Source: an uncultured Methanosarcinales archaeon
GTDB lineage: Archaea; Halobacteriota; Methanosarcinia; Methanotrichales; Methanotrichaceae
NCBI GenBank assembly: GCA_963843555.1
Contig: CAWJKV010000009.1
Coordinates: 22,750 to 86,749 of the forward strand
Reading direction: 5' to 3'
Length of the DNA stretch: 64,000 bases
The notes beneath the pieces were generated by a model. It had not been told where the DNA came from and ran no database searches. It saw nothing but the letters and a program-made list of their open reading frames with translations. Position numbers and translations under genes: made by a program. This document shows positions 9,788 to 24,700 of this stretch, one piece after another. Within the stretch, counting starts at the first letter, position 1. Each line of letters opens with the position of its first letter.

Positions 9788-12700
9788 CTAAATGCTTATT
9801 CCTTCTTCCGAAGTGTTCATGTTCCAATCAGGTGGCTGCCATCCATCATATCTTGTAGTCTTTGGCGCTATCCCTGTATCCTTCACATCCACATAGGCAG
9901 ATGCTTCGGCAGTATCGCTACCTGAACCATCTACCGCACTTGCATCCAAGTGCACACTGTTGGTGTAAGCTCCATTCCTTGTGGCATGTACGGTATACTC
10001 GATGGTCACCACTTCATTTCGGTTCCAGTTCAGGAAGAACCCAATAGATGTGATTCGCATCATAGCTTTCTGGCATCAGAGAGGCTTCGATGAGGCTCAT
10101 GCCTGCCGGAAGCTGATCAGTCAATCTGGCTGCCATAGTGCCATTGGCGTTATTCTTAACCATAATGGTGTAATGCACTACGGACGGATCTTGAGAGTCC
10201 AATTGAGCTCTTCTTGTCAATGGTTACCTGAGGCTGGCAGCAGCCCAGAAAACCAGATTCCAGAGACGAATAATTCGCGGCAGACACATAAATATCACCG
10301 GCCAATCCGACGACCTCGACGCGGTTTATTAGATTGCTCGACGCCTCATCGGTCACATTCAGTTTCAGAGTAATGGTCAATGTATTGCCTATGCCCAACT
10401 GGAGTATAGTCCAGTTTGCGTCACTGGATGAGAGCATCGATGGCTTGACTGAAGAGCTGATGAACTCTGTGCCGGACGGGAAGAGGTCTCGGACATATAC
10501 AGGGGCCAGAGCGCGATTGCCGTCATTCGTAAGGGTAATTACGTATTCAGCTACGGTTGCATTGACCCGTTGAACCATTCTGACTTTGTCCGGCCTTCTT
10601 TGGCAACAGCGATATGCGGCTGATCGTACCTCGAAACACCTGCAAGGAGAACATGCCTCGACACGCCGTATTCGCCCAGATAACGCTCCTCGTTGTCCAC
10701 TTTTCTGCGGAGCATCGGAGCCGGCCGCTTTCACCCTGTAATCCGCAACACCATTGAAGGTCGCATTAGACTTCATCTCATTCAAACCGAGGGAGATCGC
10801 ATCTTTCTTCAGATACTCCAGAGATGAGTACTTCTCGCTGATAAGGCTGGCAGGAGATGTGCCGTTATTGGGCGACGCAACTTTCAACGATCTTGCCGCC
10901 CGAAGAATCCTTATCTGCGACTATATCGCCTCCTCGGAGAGAGCCGCTCTTGGACCACATGCCTTCGTTCCACTTTATGTCCTGTTTAGCCTGGCCATTC
11001 GGGGAATAGTTGAAGGTGCTGGGTTTATGAGCCAATTCGATATCTTTAGACATGTAATTTGTGAAGGTATCGATCTTTTCTTCGCTCTTATAGGCACCAG
11101 TACCAGATTCGGAGGTCTTCTGCGAATCACGCAGCCTCTTGTCTGCTGCCACGAAACCTTCACCAGATGCGAACTTCTCGGTGACAACATTTGCACCGTA
11201 TTCTTTAAAGGACATATTCAACTGGAATTTGCCGCTGTAATCCTCCTCAGCCTCAAAGATCGGTTTCTTCTGTGCCCCATCTTCTGGCGAAGACTTCTTG
11301 GCAAAGCCGATGCTGCCCATCCCATCAAAGCTGGAGTCCACCTTCATCTCCGAACCGTTCTCGTCCATCTTAATATACGAATCCCGGTCTAAACTGGTGG
11401 CATAGCGATAAGACTCATGCATGGTAGCACCGGTGACAAAGTTCTTGCCGCGGCTTTCCTCGGTCCACTTTGAAGTGTAATTGAGGTCTCTACCATTAGG
11501 CAACCTGGAAGCTGGTCGGATGGTAGCTGGCAGAGACGCTCTTTTGAGACTCGATAGACCTGTTCTCCGTAACCATTTTCGTCTCTTCATCAGTCCTGTA
11601 TTCACCGCTTCCGTGTTCCCTTGTTTCCAATTCGGTGCCAATGTCCTTTATGGCCACGCTGAGACAGGTTTGCTTCGACCATGACTCAGGCCCTACCGTC
11701 GCGGTTACATAGACGCAATTCGTAACCAGGAAGGAAGGCACAGCTGTGGATAAGTCGCTATGCACATTGACAAAACCTTTTCCGGATACACTTTGCGACA
11801 TATCAAAGGTCATATTTGACTCTGGATAGACTGCTACGACTGTCATCTTCTGCGCAGCTCTTAGGCGGAATCTGAGAGAAGTACCATTGACCATCTTCAT
11901 TGGGTTCCGGATCGCTGGACACGATTCTAACTCCAGGGTTTTGGAAGACATCCTTCACTATCACATCTTCCAGTGAGATGTATTCCAGAGGGTTGCAGAC
12001 AGTGATGGTGTAGGTCATCTCTTCTCCTGGTCGATATGTCGATTTATCAGAGGTTTTTGATATGATGAACGGTGCGGGTTTGGCCGTTACATTTACATGT
12101 GCTTTGTCTCCCACGAGAACGCCGTCAGCTTGTCGCTGATGGATTGAATCTTTACTTTGTTGTCCAGGTTCCCCAGAACCGTTCCACTGATTGATGCCTC
12201 CAATTCAATCTTGATCATCTCCCCAGGCCCAAGGCACCCTAGATCATCCCAGGCTACCCGGTTCGGTTCAGCCAAGACACCGCCATGATCGTCCCGGATA
12301 TAGCTTAGACCTTCGGGAAGGATATCCTGGGATGACACCTGGCAAAGCTCTGCCGAGCCTGTATTATTGATAACGATGGTGTAATTGATAACGGTTCCTG
12401 GTACTCCGTCCGGCTGGGAGGCTTCCTTTGTGACGTTTACACCAGCATTCTCTACGAAGACATCAGCAGTATCTGTAGCAAGGACATCATCACCAAATTC
12501 GGGAATTCCTGTAGTGTTAATCTCATTTGTGACTTTTCCCAGGACTGCTCCTGTGATCAGGGTTTTTAGGTCCAAATTGTGACTCTGTCCCGAATTCAGA
12601 GGGCCCAAATCATTCCAGGTCAAAACCCATCTTCCACCTATCTGGACCGCGCTGGTCGGTGACGGTGTACTGTTTGACAGATAATCCAGGCCAGGCGGAA

Positions 12701-15700
12701 GAACATCTACAGCCTTGACATGAACCAGTTTCACAGTTTCATTATTGGTGATCTTTATGGGGAAGGTCACAATGGTTCCCTTAAAGCCCTCATTGGGATC
12801 TGCGGTTTTGTCAACGGTTATGCCAGAAATCTGGGCCACGACATCAGCCGTTGCACTGGAGGTTATATTCTGGCCATGGTCGGGCTTGCTCATTACTTGT
12901 ACAACATTTGTCAATTGACCTATAGCAGAGCCATCAAATTTCGCTCTGATGGATAACGCCTTTTCGGCATTGATCGCAAGAGGGCCTATGTCAGACCAAT
13001 TGATATAACGACCATTATTTAGGCCTTCATTTGAGGAAGAGACGTAGCTCATGCCGTCCGGCAGGAGATCGCGGACGAAGGTATGAGACAGAGCTGTGCT
13101 GCCAGTATTCTTGATAGTTATTGTGAATGTGACAATCATGCCAGGTGTACCAAACGTGGGATTGGCAATCTTGCTAACGGATACATTGGCTTCATGGGCG
13201 TTCACGCTTGCGAAGGCATTGGCTGTAACATTCTGGCCATGCTCGGGTTTACCTGAAACATCGACTAAGTTAGTCAGAGCCCGGGTGCCGGATATGGGGC
13301 CGTCGATTTGGGCTATGATCTGCAACGATTTGCTGGAACCGGGTGCCATGGGACCGATGTCGGACCAGGAGACATGCTGGCCGACTCGTGTGCTGCCCGA
13401 TGAAGATGCGATGTAGCTCATGCCTTCCGGCAGAAGATCACTGACAAAGACATGCGACAGCGGAGCGTTACCCGTATTCTCGACCTGCAGAGTAAAGGTG
13501 ACGTTGGTGCTGGGAGAGCCGAAAGTTGGGTCGGCAATCTTGAGAACAGCTATCTTGGCTTCCTGGGAGTTCACGCTTGCAGAAGCATTGGCTGTGACAT
13601 TCTGGCCGTGCTCGGGTTGGCCTGAAACATCGACTAAGTTGGTCAGAGTCCGGGTGCCGGATATGGGCCCATCGATGTGGGCTACGATCTGCAACGATTT
13701 GCTGGAGCCGGATGACATGGGACCGATGTCGGACCAGGAGACATGCTGGCCAACTCGGGAGCTGCCCGATGAAGACGAAATATAACTCATGCCATCCGGC
13801 AGAAGATCACTGACGAAGACATGCGGCAGCGGTGCATTGCCTGTATTCTCAACCTGCAGAGTAAAGGTGACGTTGGTGCTCGGTGAGCCGAAAGTCGGAT
13901 CAGCAGTCTTGCTGACGGATATCTTGGCTTCATGGGCGTTCACGCTTGCGGAGGTATTGGCTGTGACGTTCTGGCCGTGTTCGGGTTGACCTGACACGTC
14001 CACGTAGTTGGTCAGAATCTTGGTGCCGGATATGGGGCCGTCGATTTGGGCTATGATCTGCATCGATCTGCTGGTGCCGGATGGCATGGGACCGATGTCG
14101 GACCAGGAGACATGCTGGCCGATTCGTGTGCCGCCAGGTGAAGAGGAGACATAGCTCATGCCATCCGGCAGAAGATCACTGACGAAGACATGCGGCAGCA
14201 GAGCATTGCCCGTATTTTCGACGAGCAGTGTGAAGGTGACGTTGGTGCTCGGTGAGCCGAAGGTGGGATCGGCGGTCTTGTTGACAGATATCTTGGCTTC
14301 CTGGGCGTTCACGCTTGCGGAGGCATTGGCCGTGACATTCTGGCCGTGCTCGGGTTGGCCTGACACGTCCACGTAGTTGATCAGATTTTTGGTGCCGGAT
14401 ATGGGGCTGTCGATGTGGGCTACGATCTGCAACGATCTGCTTGTGCCGGATGGCATGGGACCGATGTCGGACCAGGAGACATGCTGGCCGATTCGTGTGC
14501 TGCCCGATGAAGACGCGATGTAGCTCATGCCATCCGGCAGAAAATCACTGACGAAGACATGCGGCAGCAGAGCGTTGCCCGTATTCTCGATCTGCAGAGT
14601 GAAGGTGACGTTGGTGCTCGGTGAGCCGAAGGTGGGATTGGCGGTCTTGTTGACAGATATCTTGGCTTCCTGGGCGTTCACGCTTGCGGAGGCATTGGCC
14701 GTGACATTCTGGCCATGCTCGGGTTGGCCTGAAACATCGACTAAGTTAGTCAGAGCCCTGGTGCCGGATATAGGGCCGTCGATTTGGGCTATGATCTGCA
14801 ACGATTTGCTGGAACCGGGTGCCATGGGACCAATGTCGGACCAGGAGACATGCTGGCCGATTCGTGTGCTGCCAGGTGAAGAGGAGACATAGCTCATGCC
14901 ATCTGGCAGAAGATCACTGACGAAGACATGCGGCAGCGGAGCGTTGCCCGTATTATCGACGAGCAGTGTGAAGGTGACGTTGGTGCTGGGTGAGCCGAAG
15001 ATGGGGTCGGCGGTCTTGTGAACGGCTATCTTGGCTTCCTGAGCCCGAACTTCTGCCGAGTCATTGGACGTTACATTCTGGCCGTGCTCGGGTTGACCTG
15101 AAACGCCCACGTAGTTGGTCAGATTTTTGGTGCCGAATATGGGACCGTCTATACGGGCCATGATCTGCAGCGATTTGCTGGCGCCGGATGACATGGGACC
15201 AATGTCGGACCAGGAGACATGCTGGCCCACTCGGGAGCTGCCCGATGAAGACGCGATGTAGCTCATGCCATCCGGCAGAAGATCACTGACGAAGACATGC
15301 GGCAGCGGAGCGTTGCCCGTATTTTCGACGAGCAATGCAAAGGTGACGTTGGTGCTAGGTGAGCCGAAGATGGGGTCGGCGGTCTTGCTGATGGAGATCT
15401 TGGCTTCCTGGGCGTTCACGCTTGCAGAGTCATTGGCTGTGACATTCTGGCCGTGCTCGGGTTGGCCTGAAACGCCCACGTAATTGGTCAGATTTTTGGT
15501 GCCGGATATGGGACCGTCGATATGGGCTACTATCTGCAACGATCTGCTGGAGCCGGATGACATGGGACCAATGTCGGACCAGGAGACATGCTGGCCGATT
15601 CGTGTGCCGCCAGGTGAAGATGAGACATAGCTCATGCCATCCGGCAGAAGATCACGGACGGAAACATGCGGCAGTGGAGAACTGCCCGTATTTTCGACAA

Positions 15701-18700
15701 GCAGTGTAAAGGTGACGTTGGTGCCCGATGAGCCGAAGGTGGGGTCGGCGGTCTTGCGAACAGCTATCTTGGCTTCCTGAGCCTGCACGCTTGCGGAGGC
15801 GTTGGCCGTTACATTCTGGCCGTGCTCGGGTTGGCCTGAAACGTCCACGTAGTTGGTCAGATTTTTGGTGCCGGATATGGGGCCATCGATATAGGCTACG
15901 ATCTGCAGCGATTTGCTGGAGCCGGATGACATGGGACCTATGTCGAGCCAGGAGACATGCTGGCCGGTGTGCGTGCTGCCTGATGAAGACGAGACATAGC
16001 TCATGCCGGTGGGCAGAAGATCACGGACGAAGACGTGCGGCAGCGAAGCGTTGCCCGTATTCTCGACGACAAGCGTGAAGGTGACGTTGGTGCCCGGTGA
16101 ACCGAAGGTGGGATCGGCGGTCTTGTTGACAGATATTTTGGCTTCCTGGGCTTTCACGCTTGCGGTGGCATTGGCTGTGACGTTCTGGCCGTGCTCGGGT
16201 TGGCCTGAAACATCGACTAAGTTAGTCAGAGTACTTGTGCCGGATATGGGGCCGTCGATATGGGCTACGATCTGCAGCGATTTGCTGGAGCCGGATGACA
16301 TGGAACCTATGTCAGACCAGTAAACATGCTGGCCGATACGTGCGCTGCCTGACGAAGATGAGACGTAACTCATGCCATCCGGCAAAAGATCTCTGACGAA
16401 GACATGAGGCAGTGGAGAACTGCCCGTATTCTCGACGAGCAGAGTGAAGGTGACGTTGGTGCTGGGTGAGCCGAAGGTGGGATTGGCAGTCTTGCTGACG
16501 GATATTTTGGCTTCCTGGGCGTTCACGCTTGCGGAGGCATTGGCCGTGACATTCTGGCCGTGCTCGGGTTGGCCTGAAACGTCCACGTAGTTGGTCAGAT
16601 TTTTGGTGCCGGACATGGGGCCATCGATATGGGCTACGATCTGCAGCAATTTGCTGGAGCCGGATGACATGGGACCGATGTCGGACCAGGAGACATGCTG
16701 GCCAACTCGGGAACTGCCCGATGATGATGCGATGTAGCTCATGCCATCCGGCAGAAGATCGCTGACGGAGACATGCGGAAGAGAAGAGCTGCCGCTATTG
16801 GTGACCTGCAGAGTAAAGGTGACGTTAGTGCCCGGTGAGCCGAAGGTGGGATTGGCGGTCTTGTTGACGGAAATTTTGGCTTCCTGGGCGTTCACGCTTG
16901 CGGAGGCATTGGCTGTGACATTCTGGCCGTGCTCGGGTTGGCCTGAAACGTCCACGTGGTTGGTCAGATTTTTGGTGCCGGACATGGGGCCATCGATATG
17001 GGCTACGATCTGCAGCAATTTGCTGGAGCCGGATGATATGGGACCGATGTCGGACCAGGAGACATGCTGGCCGACCCTTGTGCTACCCGATGAAGATGCA
17101 ATGTAGCTCATGCCATCAGGCAAGAGATCGCGGACGGAGACATGCGGCAGTGAGGAGCTGCCCATATTCTCGACAAGCAGAGTGAAGGTGACGTTGGTGC
17201 TGGGTGATCCGAAAGTCGGGTCGGCGGTCTTGCGAACAGCTATCTTGGCTTCCTGAGCCCGAACTTCTGCCGAAGCATTGGCTGTGACATTCCGGCCGTG
17301 CTCGGGTTGGCCTAAAACGTCCACGTAGTTGGTCAGATTTTTGGTGCCGGATATGGGGCCATCAATATGGGCTACGATCTGCAGCGATTTGCTGGAGCCG
17401 GATGACATGGGACCGATGTCGGACCAGGAGACGCCCTGGCCGGTGTGCGTGCTGCCTGATGAAGACGAGACATAGCTCATGCCGGTTGGCAGACGGTCTC
17501 GGACTGAGACGTGCGGAAGAGGGGAGCTGCCCGTATTCTCGACGAGCAGTGTGAAGGTGACGTTGGTGCTCGGTGAGCCGAAGGCAGGATTGGCGGTTTT
17601 GTTGACCGATATCTTGGCTTCCTGGGCGTTCACGCTTGCGGAGGCATTGGCCGTTACATTCTGGCCGTGCTCGGGCTGACCTGAGACATCGACTAAGTTA
17701 GTCAGAGTCCGGGTGCCGGATATGGGGCCGTCGATGTGGGCCACGATCTGCAGCAATTTGCTGGAGCCGGATGACATGGGACCGATGTCAGGCCAGTAGA
17801 CATTCTGGCCAACTCGGATGCTGCCCGATGATGATGCGATGTAGCTCATGCCATCAGGCAAGAGATCGCTGACTGAGACATGCGGCAGTGAGGAGCTGCC
17901 CGTATTCTCGACGAGCAGTGTGAAGGTGACGTTGGTGCTCGGTGAGCCGAAAGTGGGATCGGCAGTCTTGCTGACGGCTATCTTGGCTTCCTGAGCCCGA
18001 ACTTCTGCGGAGGCATTGGCCGTTACATTCTGTCCGTTCTCGGGTTGGCCTGACACGTCCACGTAGTTGGTCAAATTTTTGGTGCCGGATATGGGACCAT
18101 CGATGTGGGCTACGATCTGCAACAATCTGCTGGAGCCGGATGATATGGGACCGATGTCGGACCAGTAGACATGCTGGCCGATTTGTGTGCCCTCAGGTGA
18201 AGATGAGACATAGCTCATGCCGGTGGGCAGAAGATCGCGGACTGAGACATGCGGCAGTGGAGAACTGCCCGTATTCTCGACGAGCAGTGTGAAGGTGACG
18301 TTGGTGCTGGGTGATCCGAAAGTCGGGTTGGCGGTCTTGCGAACAGCTATCTTGGCTTCCTGAGCCCGAACTTCTGCCGAAGCATTGGCTGTGACATTTT
18401 GCCCGTGCTCGGGTTGGCCTGACACGTCCACGTAGTTGGTCAGATTTTTGGTGCCGGACATGGGGCCATCGATGTGGGCCACGATCTGCATCGATTTGCT
18501 GGAGCCGGATGACATTGGACCGATGTCGGACCAGGAGACATGCTGGCCAACTCGGGAGCTGCCCGATGAGGATGCTATGTAGCTCATGCCGGTTGGCAGA
18601 AGGTCTCGGACTGAGACATGAGGCAGAGAAGCGTTGCCCGTATTTTCGACGAGCAGAGTGAAGGTGACGTTGGTGCTCGGTGAGCCGAAGGTAGGATTGG

Positions 18701-21700
18701 CAGTCTTGCTGACGGAGATCTTGGCTTCCTGGGCGTTCACGCTTGCGGAGGCATTGGCGGTTACATTCTGGCCGTGCTCGGGTTGGCCTGAAACATCGAC
18801 TAAGTTAGTCAGAGTACTTGTGCCGGATATGGGGCCATCGATATGGGCTACGATCTGCAACAATCTGCTGGAGCCGGATGACATGGGACCGATGTCGGAC
18901 CAGGAGACATGCTGGCCAACTCGGGAGCTGCCCGATGTAGACGAGATGTAACTCATGCCATCCGGCAGAAGATCGCGGACTGAGACGTGCGGCAAAGAAG
19001 CGTTGCCCGTATTCTCGACGACAAGCGTGAAGGTGACGTTGGTGCCCGGTGAACCGAAGGTGGGATCGGCGGTCTTGTTGACAGATATTTTGGCTTCCTG
19101 GGCTTTCACGCTTGCGGTGGCATTGGCTGTGACGTTCTGGCCGTGCTCGGGTTGGCCTGAAACGTCCACGTGGTTGGTCAGATTTTTGGTGCCGGACATG
19201 GGGCCATCGATGTGGGCCACGATCTGCATCGATTTGCTGGAGCCGGATGACATGGGACCGATGTCGGACCAGGAGACATGCTGGCCAACTCGGGAGCTGC
19301 CCGATGAAGACGAGATGTAACTCATGCCATCCGGCAGAAGATCGCTGACGAAGACATGCGGCAGCGGAGCGTTGCCCGTATTTTCGACGAGCAGAGTGAA
19401 GGTGACGTTGGTGCTCGGTGAGCCGAAGGTGGGATTGGCAGTCTTGCTGACGGCTATCTTGGCTTCCTGGGCCTGAACTTCTGCGGAGGCATTGGCTGTG
19501 ACGTTCTGGCCGTGTTCGGGTTGACCTGAAACATCGACTAAGTTAGTCAGAGTCCGGGTGCCTGAGATGGGGCCATCGATGTGGGCTACGATCTGCAACA
19601 ATCTGCTGGAGCCGGATGACATGGGACCGATGTCGGACCAGGAGACATGCTGGCCAACTCGGGAGCTGCCCGATGAAGACGAGATGTAACTCATGCCATC
19701 CGGCAAAAGATCTCTGACGAAGACATGCGGCAGAGAAGCGTTGCCCGTATTCTCGATCTGCAGAGTAAAGGTGACATTGGTGCTAGGTGAGCCGAAGGCG
19801 GGATTGGCAGTCTTGCTGACGGCTATCTTGGCTTCCTGGGCGTTCACGCTTGCGGAGGCATTGGCCGTGACATTCTGGCCGTGCTCGGGTTGGCCTGAAA
19901 CATCGACTAAGTTAGTCAGAGTACTTGTGCCGGATATGGGGCCATCGATATAGGCTACGATCTGCAACGATTTGCTGGAGCCGGATGACATGGGACCGAT
20001 GTCGGACCAGGAGACATGCTGGCCAACTCGGGAGCTGCCCGATGAAGACGAGATGTAACTCATGCCATCCGGCAAAAGATCTCTGACGAAGACATGCGGC
20101 AGAGAAGCGTTGCCCGTATTCTCGACGAGAAGAGTGAAGGTGACGTTGGTGCTAGGTGAGCCGAAGGTAGGATTGGCAGTCTTGCTGACGGAGATCTTGG
20201 CTTCCTGGGCGTTCACGCTTGCGGAGGCATTGGCCGTGACATTCTGGCCGTGCTCGGGTTGGCCTGAAACATCGACTAAGTTAGTCAGAGTACTTGTGCC
20301 GGATATGGGGCCATCGATATGGGCTACGATCTGCAACAATCTGCTGGAGCCGGATGACATGGGACCGATGTCGGACCAGGAGACATGCTGGCCAACTCGG
20401 GAGCTGCCCGATGAAGACGAGATGTAACTCATGCCATCCGGCAGAAGATCGCTGACGAAGACATGCGGCAGAGAAGCGTTGCCCGTATTCTCGACGAGCA
20501 GAGTGAAGGTGACGTTGGTGCTCGGTGAGCCGAAGGTAGGATTGGCAGTCTTGCTGACGGAGATCTTGGCTTCCTGGGCGTTCACGCTTGCGGAGGCATT
20601 GGCCGTGACATTCTGGCCGTGCTCGGGTTGGCCTGAAACATCGACGTAAGTTAGTCAGAGTACTTGTGCCGGATATGGGGCCATCGATATGGGCTACGAT
20701 CTGCAACAATCTGCTGGAGCCGGATGACATGGGACCGATGTCGGACCAGGAGACATGCTGGCCAACCCAGGAGCTGCCCGATGAAGACGAGATGTAACTC
20801 ATGCCATCCGGCAGAAGATCGCTGACGAAGACATGCGGCAGCGGAGCGTTGCCCGTATTTTCGACGAGCAGAGTGAAGGTGACGTTGGTGCTAGGTGAGC
20901 CGAAGGTGGGATTGGCAGTCTTGCTGACGGCTATCTTGGCTTCCTGGGCCTGAACTTCTGCGGAGTCATTAGCTGTGACGTTCTGGCCGTGTTCGGGTTG
21001 ACCTGAAACATCGACGTAAGTTAGTCAGAGTCCGGGTGCCGGAGATGGGGCCATCGATGTGGGCTACGATCTGCAACAATTTGCTGGAGCCGGATGACAT
21101 GGGACCGATGTCGGACCAGGAGACATGCTGGCCAACTCGGGAGCTGCCCGATGAAGACGAGATGTAACTCATGCCATCCGGCAGAAGATCGCTGACGAAG
21201 ACATGCGGCAGAGAAGAGCTGCCGCTATTGGTGACCTGCAGAGTAAAGGTGACGTTAGTGCCCGGTGAGCCGAAGGTGGGATTGGCGGTCTTGTTGACGG
21301 AAATTTTGGCTTCCTGGGCGTTCACGCTTGCGGAGGCATTGGCGGTTACATTCTGGCCGTGCTCGGGTTGGCCTGAAACATCGACTAAGTTAGTCAGAGT
21401 ACTTGTGCCGGATATGGGGCCATCGATATAGGCTACGATCTGCAGCGATTTGCTGGTGCCGGATGACATGGGACCGATGTCGGACCAGGAGACATGCTGG
21501 CCAACTCGGGAGCTGCCCGATGAAGACGAGATGTAACTCATGCCATCCGGCAAAAGATCGCTGACGAAGACATGCGGCAGTGGAGAACTGCCCGTATTCT
21601 CGACGAGCAGAGTAAAGGTGACATTGGTACTCGGTGAGCCGAATATAGGATCGGCGGTCTTGCGAACAGCTATCTTGGCTTCCTGGGCCTGAACTTCTGC

Positions 21701-24700
21701 GGAGGCATTGGCCGTGACATTCTGGCCGTGCTCGGGTTGGCCTGAAACGTCCACGTAGTTGGTCAGATTTCTGGTGCCGGACATGGGGCCATCGATGTGG
21801 GCCACGATCTGCAGCAATTTGCTGGAGCCGGATGGCATGGGACCGATGTCGGACCAGTAGACATTCTGGCCGGTGTGCGCGCAGCCTGATGAAGACGAGA
21901 CATAGCTCATGCCGGTGGGCAGAAGGTCTCGGACTGAGACGTGCGGAAGAGGAGAGCTGCCGGTATTCTCGACGAGAAGTGTGAAGGTGACGTTGGTGCT
22001 GGGTGAACCGAAAGTCGGGTCGGCGGTCTTGCTGACGGCTATCTTGGCTTCCTGAGCCCAAACTTCTGCAGAGTCATTGGCGGTTACGTTCTGGCCGTGC
22101 TCGGGTTGGCCTGAAACGTCCACGTAGTTGGTCAGATTTTTGGTGCCGGATATGGGGCTATCGATATGGGCCACGATCTGCAGCGATTTGCTGGAGCCGG
22201 ATGACATGGGACCGATGTCGGACCAGGAGACATGCTGGCCAACTCGGGAGCTGCCCGATGTAGACGAGATGTAACTCATGCCATCCGGCAGAAGATCGCG
22301 GACTGAGACGTGCGGCAAAGAAGCGTTGCCCGTATTCTCGACGACAAGCGTGAAGGTGACGTTGGTGCCCGGTGAACCGAAGGTGGGATCGGCGGTCTTG
22401 TTGACAGATATTTTGGCTTCCTGGGCTTTCACGCTTGCGGTGGCATTGGCTGTGACGTTCTGGCCGTGCTCGGGTTGGCCTGAAACGTCCACGTGGTTGG
22501 TCAGATTTTTGGTGCCGGACATGGGGCCATCGATGTGGGCCACGATCTGCAGCAATTTGCTGGAGCCGGATGACATGGGACCGATGTCGGACCAGGAGAC
22601 ATGCTGGCCAACTCGGGAGCTGCCCGATGAAGATGCAATGTAGCTCATGCCATCCGGCAGAAGATCGCTGACGGAGACATGCGGAAGAGAAGAGCTGCCG
22701 CTATTGGTGACCTGCAGAGTAAAGGTGACGTTGGTGCCCGGTGAGCCGAAGGTGGGATTGGCGGTCTTGTTGACGGATATTTTGGCTTCCTGGGCGTTCA
22801 CGCTTGCGGAGGCATTGGCCGTGACATTCTGGCCGTGCTCGGGTTGGCCTGAAACGTCCACGTAGTTGGTCAGATTTTTGGTGCCGGACATGGGGCCATC
22901 GATATGGGCTACGATCTGCAGCAATTTGCTGGAGCCGGATGACATGGGACCGATGTCGGACCAGGAGACATTCTGGCCAACTCGGGAACTGCCCGATGAT
23001 GATGCGATGTAGCTCATGCCATCCGGCAGAAGATCGCTGACGGAGACATGCGGAAGAGAAGAGCTGCCGCTATTGGTGACCTGCAGAGTAAAGGTGACGT
23101 TAGTGCCCGGTGAGCCGAAGGTGGGATTGGCGGTCTTGTTGACGGAAATTTTGGCTTCCTGGGCGTTCACGCTTGCGGAGGCATTGGCCGTGACATTCTG
23201 GCCGTGCTCGGGTTGGCCTGAAACGTCCACGTGGTTGGTCAGATTTTTGGTGCCGGACATGGGGCCATCGATATGGGCTACGATCTGCAGCAATTTGCTG
23301 GAGCCGGATGACATGGGACCGATGTCGGACCAGGAGACATTCTGGCCAACTCGGGAGCTGCCCGATGAAGACGAGATGTAACTCATGCCATCCGGCAGAA
23401 GATCGCTGACGAAGACATGCGGCAGAGAAGAGCTGCCGCTATTGGTGACCTGCAGAGTAAAGGTGACGTTAGTGCCCGGTGAGCCGAAGGTGGGATTGGC
23501 GGTCTTGTTGACGGAAATTTTGGCTTCCTGGGCGTTCACGCTTGCGGAGGCATTGGCTGTGACATTCTGGCCGTGCTCGGGTTGGCCTGAAACGTCCACG
23601 TGGTTGGTCAGATTTTTGGTGCCGGACATGGGGCCATCGATATGGGCTACGATCTGCAGCAATTTGCTGGTACCAGATGACATGGGACCGATGTCGGACC
23701 AGGAGACATTCTGGCCAACTCGGGAACTGCCCGATGATGATGCGATGTAGCTCATGCCATCCGGCAGAAGATCGCTGACGGAGACATGCGGAAGAGAAGC
23801 GTTGCCCGTATTCTCGACGAGCAGAGTGAAGGTGACGTTGGTGCTCGGTGAACCGAAGGTGGGATCGGCGGTCTTGTCGACGGATATTTTTGCTTCCTGG
23901 GCGTTCACGCTTGCGGAGGCATTGGCCGTGACATTCTGGCCGTGCTCGGGTTGGCCTGAAACGTCCACGTAGTTGGTCAGATTTTTGGTGCCAGATATGG
24001 GGCCATCGATATGGGCCACGATCTGCAGCGATTTGCTGGAGCCAGATGACATGGGACCGATGTCGGGCCAGGAGACATGCTGGCCAACCCGGGAGCTGCC
24101 CGATGAAGACGAGATGTAACTCATGCCATCCGGCAGAAGATCGCTGACGAAGACATGCGGCAGCGAGGAGCTGCCGGTATTCTCGACGAGCAGAGTGAAG
24201 GTGACGTTGGTGCTCGGTGAGCCGAAGGTGGGATCGGCGGTCTTGTTGACGGAAATTTTGGCTTCCTGAGCCCGAACTTCTGCAGAGTCATTGGCGGTGA
24301 CATTCTGGCCGTGTTCGGGTTGACCTGACACGTCCACGTGGTTGGTCAGATTTTTGGTGCCGGACATGGGGCCATCGATATGGGCTGCGATCTGCAGCAA
24401 TTTGCTGGAGCCGGATGACATGGGACCGATGTCGGACCAGGAGACATGCTGGCCAACCCGAGAGCTGCCCGATGTAGACGAGATGTAACTCATGCCATCC
24501 GGCAGAAGATCGCGGACTGAGACATGCGGCAGAGAAGAGCTGCCGCTATTGGTGACCTGCAGAGTAAAGGTGACGTTAGTGCCCGGTGAGCCGAAGGTGG
24601 GATTGGCAGTTTTGCGAACAGCTATCTTGGCTTCCTGAGCCCGAACTTCTGCGGAGGCATTGGCTGTGACATTCTGGCCGTGCTCGGGTTGGCCTGAAAC